A stretch of 63,763 nucleotides of DNA, counting the filler, from Lama guanicoe (taxonomy: Eukaryota), in NCBI GenBank assembly GCA_013239625.1. It is 207 parts of 207 records of this genome, joined end to end, with 100 filler letters (N's around TTAATTAATTAA, not from the genome) between each part and the next. Parts side by side here need not be neighbours in the genome. Positions count along the whole stretch, not along the records: positions 1 to 208 come from PNXV01034993.1; positions 309 to 516 come from PNXV01034994.1; positions 617 to 824 come from PNXV01034995.1; positions 925 to 1,132 come from PNXV01034996.1; positions 1,233 to 1,440 come from PNXV01034997.1; positions 1,541 to 1,748 come from PNXV01034998.1; positions 1,849 to 2,056 come from PNXV01034999.1; positions 2,157 to 2,364 come from PNXV01035000.1; 199 more parts are not named here. One strand, given 5' to 3'. Made by a program: the position numbers and the translations under genes. Below, one piece after another: positions 1 to 11,604 of this stretch. Within the stretch, counting starts at the first letter, position 1; each line of letters opens with the position of its first letter. The notes below the pieces were generated by a model, which worked only from the letters and a program-made list of their open reading frames with translations, did no database searches and was not told the DNA's origin.

Positions 1-616
1 TTCCAAAAAAGGTGACTGTGGTTTAGCAAATGAACCTGAAGTAAAGGTATTTACAGGAAAATGAAAAAGTAGGTCACCATGTTATGTGAACAGAATGTGT
101 CCCTGAATGAGAACACAGGAAAAGAAGACTGTTGGGCAAGGATTCTCAGACTTTGATGCACCTGTGAATCAAACAGGATCCTGTTCAATAGGAGATTGTA
201 CCTCACCANNNNNNNNNNNNNNNNNNNNNNNNNNNNNNNNNNNNNNNNNNNNTTAATTAATTAANNNNNNNNNNNNNNNNNNNNNNNNNNNNNNNNNNNN
301 NNNNNNNNTGGTTTAAACAATGTGGTATTTTTATCATCAGGAAAGTTTGACACCAACTCATCCACTGGTTGTCAGCCCTGGCTGTGTATTAGATGTGTCT
401 GCTGAGGTTGTTGAGAATACAGAAGGCCGGGTGATGACTGTGCTGGTCGTTTTGAAAGCCATGTTACACTGTTGGTCTCTGGGATGGAATTTAATTAAGA
501 CCATAGGACTCCATAANNNNNNNNNNNNNNNNNNNNNNNNNNNNNNNNNNNNNNNNNNNNTTAATTAATTAANNNNNNNNNNNNNNNNNNNNNNNNNNNN
601 NNNNNNNNNNNNNNNN

Positions 617-824
617 ATAATGGGGTTTGCTACTGAAATGATACTTTGTGTTAACTTCAAGCTATATGAAGGAAAGCTTTTACACACAATTAATTTTCAT
701 ATCTGAGCATGCGGAGAGACGTTCGTTCATCCAGCACAAAGGGAACCATATGTAGAAGAAACACTTTCACTGGTATCTCAGTGGTTTCCTAGTCCCGGTT
801 TGATGTTCTTGCAGTTTTCACTGT
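617..824 (-). repeat. ~248-bp tandem satellite monomer fragment (copy 1 of 5)
   Basis: Reverse complement contains GTTCCCTTTGTGCTGGATGAACGAACGTCTCTCC, shared with 35746, 53359, 57066 and 59229. Confidence 0.85.
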
Positions 825-924
825 NNNNNNNNNNNNNNNNNNNNNNNNNNNNNNNNNNNNNNNNNNNNTTAATTAATTAANNNNNNNNNNNNNNNNNNNN
901 NNNNNNNNNNNNNNNNNNNNNNNN

Positions 925-1066
925 TTTAGAGTTCCTTCTGGATATATGCCCAGGAGTGGGATTACTAGATCATATGCTTGGTGCAGCCATTATTGAAAAC
1001 TGTATAGAGATGTCTCAAAAAACTAAAAATAGACTTATTTCATGATCCACCCCCTGGGCATATCTA
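925..1066. mobile_element. L1 fragment with internal inversion (925-976 minus, 977-1066 plus)
   Basis: L1 ORF2 3' region motifs (TTGGTGCAGCCA...AAACTAAAAATAGAC...GATCC..CCTGGGCATAT) occur in both orientations. Confidence 0.75.
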
Positions 1067-1232
1067 TTTCTGAATGATCTGATTATAATTTATAGAAATC
1101 ATGTCTCAAATTCAATGACTATTTTTTAAGATNNNNNNNNNNNNNNNNNNNNNNNNNNNNNNNNNNNNNNNNNNNNTTAATTAATTAANNNNNNNNNNNN
1201 NNNNNNNNNNNNNNNNNNNNNNNNNNNNNNNN

Positions 1233-1372
1233 TGGACAAGTCACTCAATCTGGTGCATTCCTCTGTAAAACTGGGATAGTAATAGCTCCTACTGCATAGC
1301 TTTACTGTGAGGACTAAATAGTTAACCTTACGTAAAGTGCTTAGAAGAGTACCTGGCACTGAGTGAATGCTT
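1233..1372 (+). mobile_element. MIR SINE fragment
   Basis: GGACAAGTCACT...CTGTAAAACTGGGATAGTAATAG...GTGAGGACTAAAT...GTAAAGTGCTTAGAA...CCTGGCAC matches the MIR core and 3' end. Confidence 0.85.
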
Positions 1373-1848
1373 TATAATAATAGTAATAATAAAGTAACAT
1401 TATATCTTAATGATATGTTAATTATTATTATCTATAATAANNNNNNNNNNNNNNNNNNNNNNNNNNNNNNNNNNNNNNNNNNNNTTAATTAATTAANNNN
1501 NNNNNNNNNNNNNNNNNNNNNNNNNNNNNNNNNNNNNNNNAAAACAACACAATTTCATCTTGCTATTGACTAATTTAAAAGAGAGGATTCAAGGGTTAAT
1601 GCCCTTCAAGAATTCAACTTAGTCATTTTTCCAGTGCAGAATCATGAGAATATGTGTCCAGAAAACCAACATCTGAGCACAGCATGAGACAAAGAATGTA
1701 AGAAAGGAGGGGATATATGTTTTATCAATCTAATATTACATGCTTTCTNNNNNNNNNNNNNNNNNNNNNNNNNNNNNNNNNNNNNNNNNNNNTTAATTAA
1801 TTAANNNNNNNNNNNNNNNNNNNNNNNNNNNNNNNNNNNNNNNNNNNN

Positions 1849-2056
1849 GCTGGGTTCCGCTCCCGGGTTCATCCTATTCCTGCCCCAGGTCGGCGAATTC
1901 CCGGCGGAGCTCCAGGCTTCCCGGCGGAGGGAGAGGGAGACCGAGACGGCCTGGTCGCCGCGGCCAAGCAGCGGGAGAAGCGGGCGAGGGACTGGAAGGG
2001 ACTGGAGGAGGCGATGGTCTTTACGGAGCATCACACCAGCGGCCGCGTGTCTGGGC
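1849..2056. promoter_or_regulatory. CpG-island fragment
   Basis: Very GC- and CpG-rich contig with a NotI site GCGGCCGC at ~2039-2046. Gene not identifiable. Confidence 0.6.
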
Positions 2057-2464
2057 NNNNNNNNNNNNNNNNNNNNNNNNNNNNNNNNNNNNNNNNNNNN
2101 TTAATTAATTAANNNNNNNNNNNNNNNNNNNNNNNNNNNNNNNNNNNNNNNNNNNNAACAACAACAACAATAATAACAGCAATTAACCATAATGAGACCT
2201 TGTCTGCAGCAGGCTGTTCCTGGAGCTTTGTTAGGCATGAAGTCATGAATTCCCCTGGCCCCTCAGGGCCACATTTTTCTAGAAGGAACCGAGGTGAAAG
2301 AGGACACAGTTAATCCTGTGCGGTTCAGACTCTTGCCCTTGGCTGGCAGGTTGGTTCACACACANNNNNNNNNNNNNNNNNNNNNNNNNNNNNNNNNNNN
2401 NNNNNNNNTTAATTAATTAANNNNNNNNNNNNNNNNNNNNNNNNNNNNNNNNNNNNNNNNNNNN

Positions 2465-2672
2465 TATCTCTTCCATAGAATTTTTTGACTTTTTGATGAA
2501 TACAATGATATCATTTTAAAGTGAGTTTTATTTCAATCTTAAAAGTTTTTACACCTTTTCTAAAAATTTTTTTGGCCTTACTGATCTGACCAATCTAGAG
2601 CTTTCAGTCCAATATTGAATAGAAGTGGCAGTAACAAGCCTTCTTGTCTCATTATTAATATCAGGAAGAAAC
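2465..2672 (-). mobile_element. Old L1 ORF2 (RT region) fragment
   Basis: Minus strand reads like the L1 RT segment PLLFNIVLE (AATATTGAATAGAAGTGG on plus). Confidence 0.7.
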
Positions 2673-4620
2673 NNNNNNNNNNNNNNNNNNNNNNNNNNNN
2701 NNNNNNNNNNNNNNNNTTAATTAATTAANNNNNNNNNNNNNNNNNNNNNNNNNNNNNNNNNNNNNNNNNNNNATAAACGCTTTGGATTTAATAAATCGAT
2801 AAACTGAGTCGCACTTCACAGCAAATTGCATGTAATTAGTTGAAATACATAATGTATATGCATAAATACATATACAATATAACTTCATAACTAAATGATA
2901 TACGCACACCTGTATTATTACAGAATAATACGGAGCCACATTCCAATTCTTTTTCACTAACACATTTGGGGACCTCTTTGNNNNNNNNNNNNNNNNNNNN
3001 NNNNNNNNNNNNNNNNNNNNNNNNTTAATTAATTAANNNNNNNNNNNNNNNNNNNNNNNNNNNNNNNNNNNNNNNNNNNNCCGGGTCAGCGTATAATGAG
3101 CAGAAAGCCTTGTTGTCAAGGCTCTGATGGGCACAGGTGGGGGCTGAGTTTATCCACCGACAATTTGACTTGGACAGAAAGGTGCCACCCCGTCAGAACA
3201 CAGAGAGTGCTTCGGAAGGGGCTGCCCGATTATGACCCTCCCCATCTTTTTTTTACACACTTCCTTCTGAATGTGTTTTAAAGTTTCTNNNNNNNNNNNN
3301 NNNNNNNNNNNNNNNNNNNNNNNNNNNNNNNNTTAATTAATTAANNNNNNNNNNNNNNNNNNNNNNNNNNNNNNNNNNNNNNNNNNNNCACAATTATTCA
3401 TATGTTAACAGTTAAGCCTGCCATTTTACTCTTTATTTTCTATTTTCTCACTTTGTTTTTTATTCCTCTATTTCTCCTTTCCTGTCTTCCTATGGGTCAC
3501 TTAAAAATTTTTAAAGAATTCTGCTTCATCTGTAGTGTTTTTGATTATATCTCTTTGTATTGTGTTTTAAGTAGTTGCTGTAAAGATTGCATGCTANNNN
3601 NNNNNNNNNNNNNNNNNNNNNNNNNNNNNNNNNNNNNNNNTTAATTAATTAANNNNNNNNNNNNNNNNNNNNNNNNNNNNNNNNNNNNNNNNNNNNTTAC
3701 CTTTTTTTCCCCCTTGTAATTGCTTTTTAAATAATTTTTATCATGGCTACTTCAAAATCTTTGATAATTCTGCCATCTTTTCTCAGACTGTATTTTCATT
3801 CAATTTGAGATCTTGTTACTTGGTATAACCAGTGATTTTTGATTGAAATATAGAGATTTTCATATTACATTATGAAATTTTGGATCTTATTTGAGCCTTC
3901 TGTTNNNNNNNNNNNNNNNNNNNNNNNNNNNNNNNNNNNNNNNNNNNNTTAATTAATTAANNNNNNNNNNNNNNNNNNNNNNNNNNNNNNNNNNNNNNNN
4001 NNNNTTGATTTCAGCTAAAAGCTAGTGAAGATAAAAGTGTAAGTTTTCACCCCGAGGTCATGGCCCCTGGGAAGTCCACCCTCTCCTGGCAGGGCCCCTG
4101 GGTTAAGGACCGACTGTGGGGAACTGCTCAGAACATCACAGGATGTCATGACCCGGGTCCATCAGACTCAACAAATCCCTGGATTCCAGACTCGGGCAGG
4201 GTCACCGGAGGGNNNNNNNNNNNNNNNNNNNNNNNNNNNNNNNNNNNNNNNNNNNNTTAATTAATTAANNNNNNNNNNNNNNNNNNNNNNNNNNNNNNNN
4301 NNNNNNNNNNNNAGGGAGACTTGGGAATTGGCTGGTCTTTGAATGCCCTCACCAGTCCACACGCAGATTGATCATCAGAAAGAGGAAGTTCAAGATTTTT
4401 GAGCACAGAGTCTGCCAAACTCACTGGCTGACCATTAAGCTGTGGAGATTTGGGGGTGACCCCTAAGAAATGAAGCTTAAAAGTTAAGAACGAAAACCCT
4501 GTAGAGACCTAAGAAAAGAANNNNNNNNNNNNNNNNNNNNNNNNNNNNNNNNNNNNNNNNNNNNTTAATTAATTAANNNNNNNNNNNNNNNNNNNNNNNN
4601 NNNNNNNNNNNNNNNNNNNN

Positions 4621-4800
4621 CACACCCTGAAAGGTGTTCGGGGTGGAGGTCAGGAATGGGGCGCTCTGTGCTCTGGGAAAGCTGGCTGAACAGACCTTCA
4701 AATAGCTAGATTTTTTTCAGGAAAAGATCTTATGAGCCCAAATTCCTGCATCTCCTCATATCCAGAAAAGCACTAAAACCATTAATGGTGACATCTGCTT
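4621..4800. mobile_element. ERV LTR fragment, artiodactyl type
   Basis: GGGGTGGAGGTCAGGAATG..CTCTGTGCTCTGGGAAA...CATCTCCTCATATCCAGAAAAGCACTAAAACCATTAA resembles LTRs recalled from cetartiodactyl genomes. Subfamily not assigned. Confidence 0.6.
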
Positions 4801-5852
4801 TGTCCACTAAGAAGAGAAATGCATTTGANNNNNNNNNNNNNNNNNNNNNNNNNNNNNNNNNNNNNNNNNNNNTTAATTAATTAANNNNNNNNNNNNNNNN
4901 NNNNNNNNNNNNNNNNNNNNNNNNNNNNGCTTGGCTGGTATGTGTCTGTCTGTGGGGGTCCTTCATATGCCCTCAGGACTTTACATGTATGTTTTCCCTT
5001 GATTCCCAACTAAGTCCTAACAGGGAGGGACTGTGATTGGTCCCATTTTGCAGAAGGATAGAGTGAGGCTCCGAGAGGTAAAGGAAATTGCCCAAGATCA
5101 CAGTTCTTGAAAGCAGCAGAGCCTGGAAAAGAGTGCNNNNNNNNNNNNNNNNNNNNNNNNNNNNNNNNNNNNNNNNNNNNTTAATTAATTAANNNNNNNN
5201 NNNNNNNNNNNNNNNNNNNNNNNNNNNNNNNNNNNNGAAAGCCATGAGGCAGGGACCCCAAACTGAAGGTGCTGATGTTTCACTGAGCCATTTCTCACTC
5301 AGACGACATGACAGCACCTGCTCTGCATAAACAGCAGCATGAATTTATCAACGATATGCTGAACTTGAGAGGCCAGTTAAGACAGAAAAAATTCTAAAGT
5401 AAGTTGCCCAAAACTAACTTCTCTAAAGATAGAATTCTCAATACNNNNNNNNNNNNNNNNNNNNNNNNNNNNNNNNNNNNNNNNNNNNTTAATTAATTAA
5501 NNNNNNNNNNNNNNNNNNNNNNNNNNNNNNNNNNNNNNNNNNNNTCCCAATTAAATTGGTCAGTGAAGATGGAAACATACTTCTGGGGAAGAGGTCAGTG
5601 TAAGGTCATCCACCATCACACAGAAAAGCATGCAAAGGGAAACCGGAGAGTCCAAAGCTAGCTTTGGAGAAAGGATACCTGTAATAAAATCAAGGTCAGA
5701 AACAAAATGCCAACCATTGTGCTTTGTCATAGCCAATAAATGAATAGCGTAANNNNNNNNNNNNNNNNNNNNNNNNNNNNNNNNNNNNNNNNNNNNTTAA
5801 TTAATTAANNNNNNNNNNNNNNNNNNNNNNNNNNNNNNNNNNNNNNNNNNNN

Positions 5853-6060
5853 GAGAATTACAGTTAAATGCGATCATAGCCTGGGACTCTAATCAAATAG
5901 GCTGACGTCCTTATAAGAAGAGAAGGGATCCCTGCCTCACAGCAAGGGCACAGCAGAAAGTCCAGGTGAGGACCCACTGAGAAGGGAGCCACCTGTAAGC
6001 CAGGAACAGAAGTCTCACCAGAAACCATCCGTGATGGCACCTTGATCTTGAATTTTTGGA
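5853..6060 (+). mobile_element. MaLR LTR (MLT1A/B-like) fragment
   Basis: GTCCTTATAAGAAGAG...AAGCCAGGAA...CTCACCAGAAACCA...GGCACCTTGATCTTG. Confidence 0.85.
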
Positions 6061-6468
6061 NNNNNNNNNNNNNNNNNNNNNNNNNNNNNNNNNNNNNNNN
6101 NNNNTTAATTAATTAANNNNNNNNNNNNNNNNNNNNNNNNNNNNNNNNNNNNNNNNNNNNTAGAAAACCCAAGATGCTGAAATAATGGCCAGCTTCCTAT
6201 AGTTTTATGCCAGAAGCCTTTCATATATTAAACTTATCTTTTACATAACTGTAAATTTGCTTCAAAGAGGGACAGCACAAGAAAAATTCAGTAAGAAAGA
6301 AGACTATTCATGCAATGCAAAAATATTCTTGTTAAAAGACTGTATTGCTTACTCTGTAACAGATTTGGNNNNNNNNNNNNNNNNNNNNNNNNNNNNNNNN
6401 NNNNNNNNNNNNTTAATTAATTAANNNNNNNNNNNNNNNNNNNNNNNNNNNNNNNNNNNNNNNNNNNN

Positions 6469-6676
6469 TCCTCTAATCACTCAAGCCAGAAGCCTGGCCC
6501 ACCCTTCCCTCTTCCTCATACCCACAGCCTATGAGTCACTTCCCTCTGTATTGCCTCTCAGACCAGCCCCTGGTCCTCATCCCCCACCACCGCTGCTCCA
6601 GTCACCATCATCTGATACTTGGATGACAGCAAAGCCTTCTCATTGGTCTCCTATTCCTTCTCAGACTTTCTTCAAC
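6469..6676 (+). mobile_element. L2 LINE 3' fragment
   Basis: CTCAAGCCAGAA...CACCATCATCT...TGGATGACAGCAAAGCCTTCTCATTGGTCTC is typical of the L2 3' region. Confidence 0.7.
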
Positions 6677-7737
6677 NNNNNNNNNNNNNNNNNNNNNNNN
6701 NNNNNNNNNNNNNNNNNNNNTTAATTAATTAANNNNNNNNNNNNNNNNNNNNNNNNNNNNNNNNNNNNNNNNNNNNTATCAATCAGTTGTGAGAGTAAAA
6801 CAGGGTATACCAAGATACTCAAGGATTTAGAAAGTCTACCTCTCACACATCCTTCCTAAATTATTTACTCCAATAAACTGAGAGAGAAACAGCAAGGTAA
6901 ATGGTGATGTAGGATCTGGGAACCAATGGGTACAATGTGAGCTAAAAGAGTCACAGAGATTCTAAGGATTGGAGCCTGAGTCTTNNNNNNNNNNNNNNNN
7001 NNNNNNNNNNNNNNNNNNNNNNNNNNNNTTAATTAATTAANNNNNNNNNNNNNNNNNNNNNNNNNNNNNNNNNNNNNNNNNNNNGGAGTTCCTGCAGATA
7101 GGGAAGTTCAGGGAGGAGTCTGGGCTCCTGGGGCAGAGAGGAGGGACCACAGAAGGAAATGGAAGAGGATGTCTTTTGAGATCAGAAGAGAAGCAGAGCA
7201 GATAGATGGGAGTGGGCCTCTGAGTTGGGCAGGACAGAGGTCATGGGGCCTTGGCAAGAATGGCTTCAGGGGCCGTGGGGACAGAAGTGACTNNNNNNNN
7301 NNNNNNNNNNNNNNNNNNNNNNNNNNNNNNNNNNNNTTAATTAATTAANNNNNNNNNNNNNNNNNNNNNNNNNNNNNNNNNNNNNNNNNNNNTGGACAGA
7401 TAAAGATCATGGCCCTTGTGTGGTTGTGGGCCAGAAGCTGGGGGGAGGCAGAAGGTCATGGAGACCAGGAAAAGTGCCTGAACCATGGATCCACCCCACG
7501 GGAGGTGCGCCCATCTGTTAGGGGTGGATGTGACAGCTGGAGCTGGAAACCGGACCGTGTGTGTGTTCAGATTCCAGGCGAGTCCTGGTGGAACCACCGT
7601 NNNNNNNNNNNNNNNNNNNNNNNNNNNNNNNNNNNNNNNNNNNNTTAATTAATTAANNNNNNNNNNNNNNNNNNNNNNNNNNNNNNNNNNNNNNNNNNNN
7701 AACAGACTAAAGTGCATCTAAACAGCGCCCGCATTTC

Positions 7738-7875
7738 CTGGGTAATCTCATCTATCTCCACGTGTGGTCACTGTGCCTCCTATTCTGGAAGGGCTTGTTC
7801 TTCCTGCTCAACCATGTCCCATTCTTACCCAAGTTCTGCCTGGCGCCGCTTCCAGAACTCCAGAAGTAAGGTGAC
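7738..7875 (-). pseudogene. ANO6: Decayed anoctamin-6 (TMEM16F) exon copy
   Basis: Minus strand translates [43 protein letters not shown], versus recalled ANO6 [48 protein letters not shown]. It has three in-frame stops and a 2-codon deletion, with a polypyrimidine tract upstream. Confidence 0.88.
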
Positions 7876-8148
7876 GAACAGAGAGAGAGAACAGCAGAAT
7901 GTGGATCTNNNNNNNNNNNNNNNNNNNNNNNNNNNNNNNNNNNNNNNNNNNNTTAATTAATTAANNNNNNNNNNNNNNNNNNNNNNNNNNNNNNNNNNNN
8001 NNNNNNNNATAATTCAATTCTGGAACTACTTGCAGGCTATCTGGAAGACTGGCAGCAGTTACTTTCTTTCTTAATAGTTGCGTATGAAGTATCTTTAATT
8101 AAATATTATTTTACAAATTAGAAACAATCGTGAGGATTATTTAAATAA

Positions 8149-8216
8149 TCCTCCTCCTCATTCTCCTCCTCATCCACCTCCTCCTCCAACTCCTCCTCCT
8201 CCACCTCCTCCTCCTC
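8149..8216. repeat. (CCT)n imperfect microsatellite
   Basis: Direct reading; runs into the contig end. Confidence 0.95.
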
Positions 8217-8427
8217 NNNNNNNNNNNNNNNNNNNNNNNNNNNNNNNNNNNNNNNNNNNNTTAATTAATTAANNNNNNNNNNNNNNNNNNNNNNNNNNNN
8301 NNNNNNNNNNNNNNNNTGTTTTGACTCGTCCTTGGACTGAGCCAAGGACGCTGGATAATCTTGTTCGGGGACGGGAACACCCCCAGCTGTCCCTGATCCA
8401 GTGCGTCCCCGTTGTTTGTTTCTGCAG

Positions 8428-8469
8428 GAATTAGATCCAAGAGCTGTCCAAGTGCTGCCCCCTGCACAG
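8428..8469 (+). other. Candidate 42-nt internal exon, gene unknown
   Basis: ttgtttgtttctgcag|GAATTAGATCC...CCTGCACAG|gtacgc. Length is a multiple of 3; open as ELDPRAVQVLPPAQ or IRSKSCPSAAPCT. Confidence 0.35.
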
Positions 8470-10588
8470 GTACGCCAGCCTCTCCCACTGCCCCTGTGGC
8501 TCCCAGGGGCTCCTGCCTCCCCACNNNNNNNNNNNNNNNNNNNNNNNNNNNNNNNNNNNNNNNNNNNNTTAATTAATTAANNNNNNNNNNNNNNNNNNNN
8601 NNNNNNNNNNNNNNNNNNNNNNNNGACCACCCGCAGTGTCTCTGAGGACACTGCTCCCATTGCCACATGTGTTATTACATTGTTGATTAAACTGCCGCCA
8701 ATTCATTACTGGGTCACCAAGGACTATTCTGTTGTTCACTCAGATGTTCCCTCTGCACTGGTAACTGACTAAACGTATATAAGAAATGCTGCTATTACAG
8801 AATTTGCCGGGAAGCCTGCCTCCCTGCCCAGANNNNNNNNNNNNNNNNNNNNNNNNNNNNNNNNNNNNNNNNNNNNTTAATTAATTAANNNNNNNNNNNN
8901 NNNNNNNNNNNNNNNNNNNNNNNNNNNNNNNNCCCAGTCTGAGAACATTTTGCACTGAGAAGTTTGGGAAGAAGGTGCAGATTTTCTGAAAAATAATTTT
9001 TATTCTCTGTAGGACCTTGTCTCTGTAAGCCTAGGTAAGATATTCTAGAACAGAAAGAATATGTGTCAAAACTTTGTACCAGGAGCAACTAGTATAGATT
9101 AAGAACAAAGAAAGTAGAATTAAGAGCTCTTCCAAGACTTNNNNNNNNNNNNNNNNNNNNNNNNNNNNNNNNNNNNNNNNNNNNTTAATTAATTAANNNN
9201 NNNNNNNNNNNNNNNNNNNNNNNNNNNNNNNNNNNNNNNNGGGCTCCTGCCTTTCCCCTCAGGTCCCACCGCCACGCTGAGCCCTCCCATGAGTCACCTC
9301 ACTGCTTCTCCCGTAACCAGTGGGCACGCGCATCTCCTTCATGAGAGCCCTGCCTCCGCTCTGTCCTTCCATGTCCGGACCGAGGCTCCAGGCCCTTCTA
9401 AAATCTCACTTCTGTCCCAAAACTTTCTGGGTCCAGCCACCTCAGGCANNNNNNNNNNNNNNNNNNNNNNNNNNNNNNNNNNNNNNNNNNNNTTAATTAA
9501 TTAANNNNNNNNNNNNNNNNNNNNNNNNNNNNNNNNNNNNNNNNNNNNCCAGCTGGATCATCTCTCCAGCAGTCTCAGAATGCATATGCAAGCACCCAAA
9601 AAATTCACGACGAAGAAAAATGGGTATTCGTGTCTTACTCTGGAAATGCTGACATTCAGAGGCTGACAACCCGCCTCATGAACAAAAAAGGCCCCGGAAT
9701 GGGCAGCGCGTCCTCGGGACCACACCCTGCAGACAGGAGCCCGGGCATCCCAAGCGNNNNNNNNNNNNNNNNNNNNNNNNNNNNNNNNNNNNNNNNNNNN
9801 TTAATTAATTAANNNNNNNNNNNNNNNNNNNNNNNNNNNNNNNNNNNNNNNNNNNNGCAGGAAGTCAGCTCATCTGTGCGGGTTTGGAGCGGGTGGGGGT
9901 CACTTTGCTGCTGCGTTGGGCCTGTGGGGGAAAGAGCCTCCTCTCCTCCACCTCGCCAGGCCCCTCTGCGGTTGAGCCGACTAGAAGCACAACCCAGGGG
10001 TCAAGAGGGGCTGCCGGAACCAGAGGGGGAAGGGCCCGAGCACCTGCAGGGACAATCTCATTGGNNNNNNNNNNNNNNNNNNNNNNNNNNNNNNNNNNNN
10101 NNNNNNNNTTAATTAATTAANNNNNNNNNNNNNNNNNNNNNNNNNNNNNNNNNNNNNNNNNNNNTTTCTCATCACCCCAAATGGAAACTCCACACCCACG
10201 AAGCGCTCACTCATTCCCCATTGCCCCTTCCCCAAGTCCCCTGGCAACCACTAATCTACTTTCTGTCCCTATGAATTTTCCCCATTTTATTTTTAAACAG
10301 TTTATGGAGATATAAGCTTTACGTGCCGTATATACTTCACATACCGTAAAGTTACCTGTTTCAAGTGTATAANNNNNNNNNNNNNNNNNNNNNNNNNNNN
10401 NNNNNNNNNNNNNNNNTTAATTAATTAANNNNNNNNNNNNNNNNNNNNNNNNNNNNNNNNNNNNNNNNNNNNTGCCTATTTCTTGATTGAATAAACACAT
10501 TATCTAAGACTTCAGAAAATCCCTAGGAACAATTATATTACCAGAAAATTTTGCCCTGAACACTGAAATAAAACATACAGAAGATTCT

Positions 10589-10680
10589 ATGGAACAAAGG
10601 AGGAATGTGACTGCATTTGTCTTCTTGGGGTTCACTCAGAGCCCCCAGGGTCAGAAAATATTATTTGTTGTGTTCTTGCT
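10589..10680 (+). CDS. Olfactory receptor family 4 (OR4A/OR4C-like), 5' end only
   Basis: [30 protein letters not shown] has the N-x-T glycosylation site, the F-x-x-LG-x-T motif and the start of TM1. Truncated by the contig end, so intactness is unknown. Confidence 0.88.
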
Positions 10681-11396
10681 NNNNNNNNNNNNNNNNNNNN
10701 NNNNNNNNNNNNNNNNNNNNNNNNTTAATTAATTAANNNNNNNNNNNNNNNNNNNNNNNNNNNNNNNNNNNNNNNNNNNNAGAAATAGAGATAGAGATAA
10801 AGACAGAGATATGTGGAGAGATACAGATACAGAGATAGCTGCATAAATAGCTTAGCCTGACAGACACAAGCGCAGTTTGCCATGCTCTATGCTCACGGTA
10901 TGTTAGTTTCCAGCTCCTTAATATTTACTACGTGATTCTGCTGCTTCACATGATCTACTTATTCCTCTCTAATTAAATATCCTTGGATNNNNNNNNNNNN
11001 NNNNNNNNNNNNNNNNNNNNNNNNNNNNNNNNTTAATTAATTAANNNNNNNNNNNNNNNNNNNNNNNNNNNNNNNNNNNNNNNNNNNNGAGTCCTCATAG
11101 TTAATCAAAAGCCATTTTATCTGAAGATGAAGAATTTTAACAAAAAAGTTATAACATCATCCGCCTTAAGGTTACTACCAGAAGAGGCAGAGGTGAAGAG
11201 GAGACGGTTACTTAATTTAATAACTATGTAAAGAATCTGAGCCTATAGAAGGCGTTATACCAGGGACTAAGGGCCGTGGAAAGTCGCCAGACTCCCNNNN
11301 NNNNNNNNNNNNNNNNNNNNNNNNNNNNNNNNNNNNNNNNTTAATTAATTAANNNNNNNNNNNNNNNNNNNNNNNNNNNNNNNNNNNNNNNNNNNN

Positions 11397-11604
11397 GATC
11401 TGAGACTTTTTCTCCCACTCAGTAGGTTGCCTTTTCACTTTGTTGGTGAATTCCTTTGCTGTGCGGGGGATTTTTAGATTGACATAGTCCCACTTGTCAA
11501 TTTTTGCTTTCATTTTCATTTCATTGCCTTTGCGTTTGGTAGCAAATCCAAAAACAATCATCACCAAGTTCAGTGTCAAGGAGCTTACCACCTATGTTTT
11601 CTTC
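11397..11604 (-). mobile_element. L1 ORF2 C-terminal fragment
   Basis: ORF track peptide KAKIDKWDYVNLK...KVKRQPTEWEK is L1 ORF2p-like. Confidence 0.9.

Noticed and set aside
2773..2980. Possible non-mammalian contaminant (AT-rich with several CpGs); similar impression at 11089-11296 and 12013-12220
   Set aside because: No recognisable gene or RNA motif, and 208 bp is too short for a compositional call without a BLAST search.
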